This document shows, piece by piece, positions 62,101-64,000 of a stretch of DNA of 64,000 bases. The stretch is taken from NCBI RefSeq assembly GCF_036321535.1, contig NC_087437.1:71674001-71738000 (forward strand), in the 5' to 3' direction. This stretch comes from Camelus dromedarius (lineage: Eukaryota). Below the pieces are notes generated by a model. That model ran no database searches. It saw only the letters and a program-made list of their open reading frames with translations, and was not told the origin of the DNA. A program made the translations under genes and the position numbers. Position 1 is the stretch's first letter; each line of letters begins with the position of its first letter.

Positions 62101-63742
62101 GACTGAATGAGGTCATAAGTTACTCTAGGTGAGAGGGAAATGGGGCTGCAGAGCAGGGAGGCAAGAACTCAGAGTTCCCCAAAGGGCATTTCATGGAACA
62201 TTCTTCTCTGAATGTTCTTCTCTGAAGATAAGACTTTCCTGGTCAAATTCCTGTGTATCTAGAAATTTCTCTTGGTGATTCCCAGTGGACACTTCTGTAT
62301 TAAAGCTTCCAAGGGTTCCTAGAGAAAAGAAACTTGTTTGACTTTTCTTTCCCTAGCATGTCTTCTGAGGCAGTGTTAGTTGGAATGGGAGTTTTTGAGC
62401 CATAGTGCCTGGCTTAGAACCCTGACACTTCTGGGTAGTTTTGGGCAAGATACTTAACTGTTCTGTGCTTTAGTTTTTTTTTTTTTTTTTTGTAAAATGG
62501 GGATAAAAAGTCAGGACTTCCATTGGCCCATATGGTTCCTTTGTGTTAATGAGTAAAACTGTTTGTTATGCAAAAATCAAGGGCCCAACCTGAACAACTG
62601 CACGTGGTATCCTTGATAAATGCACCTAGTTCATATAGTTTTCAAGATTAAATAATTTATTGTATATAAAGTGCTCAAGCAGTGCTTGGTATGGAGTCAG
62701 TACTCAATCAGTAATATGTATTATGTAATATGAGTTAAACATCTTAAGAACTGGGGGTTGGTGGTATGTACTTTTGGGAAGTGCTGGATTGAATGGATTA
62801 GTACGAGGTGGTTCAAGATGGTTATCCTTGTTTAAAACTGGGTACCATTATGCTATAATTTTTGAGTTCAATAATGGCCTCACAATTTATCAAACATAAC
62901 ATTTGATGTTATCACTCTTAAAAAGGAGAATCTCATCTATCAAGAATTTTAAACATGTCGCTAAGTTTTGACCCAGTAATTCTGCTCCTGGTCATATCCT
63001 TAAGAGATATGAAGAAATCTATTGTAGGTATATTTGAAAAATTAACCAGCAACATACAGCCTAATCACGATGATGTAAAACTACGCAGAACATTAGGAGC
63101 GACTACATCAAAATGTGATAAAGTGGTTGTTTCTGGGGGGGAGTGAATTTTCATTGCTGTGTTTTCTTATTTTTCTATATTTAAGATTTTTTACTCTCAT
63201 AATCAAGAAAAATAATCTTTTTTGTTGTAAAAATTTATTTTTTATATCATTCATGCATCTGCCTTTCATTCATGGTGTTTCTGACATAGAGAACATTTTA
63301 TTCTTTATGTACTAAATCTTTCCATCTTAAATTTCATGGTTTCTGCCTATGGTGGCATACTTAGATTTTCATACCTCCAGAGGATATATTGCTGTATAGT
63401 CTCCTATATTTACTTCAGTTCTTCTATATTTATTTACTTATTCTCTATCCTATTTACTTCAGTTTTTTTTTTTAAGAAAAATAATGTTTAAAAACAATTC
63501 TCACCTGCTCTTTGAGGCATACATGCACACATTTGTCTGTCTTAATGCACTTTCCCTCCTTTCCGCACACCTGCCAGGTGCTCTCAGGGTCGGAATGGGG
63601 CAACATGCTGCTTTGGGAAGGCGGCCACATCAAAATCGAGCTGTGTCGAGCTGCAGGCAAGCCTTGTCACCAGGGTCCCATTAACCAGATAATGCTGGAC
63701 GAGGGTGAAGTCATCACCATTGGGTCAGATGGATGTGTTAGG
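44080..63742 (+). CDS. CFAP44: CFAP44 (cilia- and flagella-associated protein 44, WDR52), 3'-partial: join(44080..44176,46209..46364,46898..47057,50325..50487,55090..55192,58561..58777,60469..60583,63578..63742)
   Basis: 1176 nt = 392 codons in one frame. An acidic N-terminus ([11 protein letters not shown]) is followed by WD40 repeats ([52 protein letters not shown]), matching CFAP44 as I recall it. It lies directly downstream of SPICE1, as in human. Confidence 0.96.
44885..45150 (+). mobile_element. L1 3' UTR fragment
   Basis: atggttaccaaaggggaaagg...acactgtaaatcaactatacttcaattt; similar to 36759-37008. Confidence 0.85.
46209..46364 (+). CDS. CFAP44: CFAP44 coding exon ([27 protein letters not shown]...AESTG)
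   Basis: tttaatag|CT ... GGTG|gtaagt; 156 nt. Confidence 0.9.
46898..47057 (+). CDS. CFAP44: CFAP44 coding exon ([52 protein letters not shown])
   Basis: tttttag|AA ... CTTGT|gtatcc; 160 nt; U12-like donor. Confidence 0.92.
47109..47332 (+). mobile_element. MER58A-like hAT MITE, complete
   Basis: Perfect 16-bp TIR CAGGGGTTGGCAAACT; 8-bp TSD tcttaggt / tcttgggt. Confidence 0.88.
47465..47696. repeat. Perfect 35-bp inverted repeat with a 162-bp spacer
   Basis: 47465-47499 AGGAGACGTGATGAGGAGACCAGGAGGCCTCTGAT is the exact reverse complement of 47662-47696. Confidence 0.95.
50325..50487 (+). CDS. CFAP44: CFAP44 coding exon ([54 protein letters not shown])
   Basis: ccctcag|A ... GGG|gtatgt; 163 nt. 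Confidence 0.93.
53212..53305 (-). mobile_element. tRNA-derived SINE, camelid Vic-1 type
   Basis: ggaggtactgagggattgaactcaggacc...ctgagctataccctcccc; TSD GAATCTACTA at 53202-53211 and 53306-53315. Confidence 0.85.
53345..53555 (+). mobile_element. MIR SINE
   Basis: gcaagttacttaacctctcttttcctcagtttccccatc...gtacatagtaagtactcaataaatgtta. Confidence 0.8.
54532..54945 (-). mobile_element. L1 3' UTR fragment, antisense
   Basis: Reverse complement of the L1 tail seen at 36600-37008. Confidence 0.85.
55090..55192 (+). CDS. CFAP44: CFAP44 coding exon ([34 protein letters not shown])
   Basis: tttatag|GTT ... CAAG|gtgagt; 103 nt. Confidence 0.94.
55262..55650. mobile_element. MLT2 (ERVL) LTR
   Basis: ggttcctccagagaaacagaac...gaattggcttatgtaatt...ggatgaggcccacc...aaaataccttcatagcaacatc. 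Confidence 0.75.
55665..58190 (-). mobile_element. Old L1 (L1MC/MD-like) fragments, antisense
   Basis: ttcagagcagttttaggtttaca...; minus-strand ORF 56456..56665 resembles L1 ORF1 ([11 protein letters not shown]...). Confidence 0.75.
58561..58777 (+). CDS. CFAP44: CFAP44 coding exon ([24 protein letters not shown]...TTSGSGHIK)
   Basis: ctctcag|AT ... ATCAA|gtaggt; 217 nt; ORF 58587..58781. Confidence 0.95.
60469..60583 (+). CDS. CFAP44: CFAP44 coding exon ([38 protein letters not shown])
   Basis: tttgcag|G ... AAG|gtgaat; 115 nt. Confidence 0.95.
61686..61799. repeat. Compound (TA)n/(CA)n/(TG)n/(TATG)n microsatellite
   Basis: Read directly. Confidence 0.95.
63578..63742 (+). CDS. CFAP44: CFAP44 coding exon ([24 protein letters not shown]...[10 protein letters not shown])
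   Basis: ctgccag|GTG ... AGG|gtaagt; 165 nt; ORF 63512..63811. Confidence 0.95.
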
Positions 63743-64000
63743 GTAAGTTTTCTTTACACTTGGACAGTAGCACCTACATCAAAGCCTGGCAGATCACCTT
63801 GTGGGTTTTAGCAGATTTTTATTTCTCTCAAAGTTCACGCGATGAAAGAGATCAGTGGTCATTTACTCCCAGGGCCAGGGCCAACTCACTTTAAATAATG
63901 CTTCTCTTGTAGTAAATATTTAAATTTTAGTCAAAATTCACTTACAGCATCTTAGCACTGAAATTTTCTAATGGGACCTTTTAGCTTTCATTCTGTTTTT

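Noticed and set aside
1..64000. CRISPR arrays, operons, rRNA, snoRNA or miRNA genes, or a novel multi-gene system
   Set aside because: This is mammalian intron-exon DNA. I saw no repeat-spacer array or recognisable structured RNA gene; an Rfam/Infernal scan would be needed to exclude small RNAs.

Overview
Mammalian genomic DNA, most likely a camelid: it carries three short tRNA-derived SINEs of the camelid Vic-1 type and young L1 3' tails. Two intron-rich genes lie in tandem on the + strand. (1) The 3' part of SPICE1 (CCDC52): 14 coding exons, 1118..33028, which I joined by hand into an uninterrupted 759-codon frame ending ...[12 protein letters not shown]. (2) The 5' part of CFAP44 (WDR52): a CpG-rich promoter with an RFX X-box at ~38.7 kb, a probable non-coding exon 1, and 8 coding exons, 44080..63742 (392 codons, running out of the window). 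The rest is ordinary interspersed repeat (L1, L2, L3/CR1, MIR, MLT1/MLT2, hAT and Tigger MITEs) and microsatellite, and most ORFs in the supplied track are spurious. I see no convincing new multi-gene system. The best leads are: a degenerate U12-type intron in CFAP44 with an overlapping frame-preserving U2-type alternative; a perfect 35-bp inverted repeat inside that intron; a SPICE1-to-CFAP44 read-through junction whose stop codon overlaps the CFAP44 ATG (ATGA); a composite RFX/MYB promoter element; and two tiny L1 insertions with target-site duplications (TSDs), one of them twin-primed. Gene and repeat names come from my recall of the families, not from a database search. Repeat boundaries are approximate unless a TSD or terminal inverted repeat (TIR) is given.
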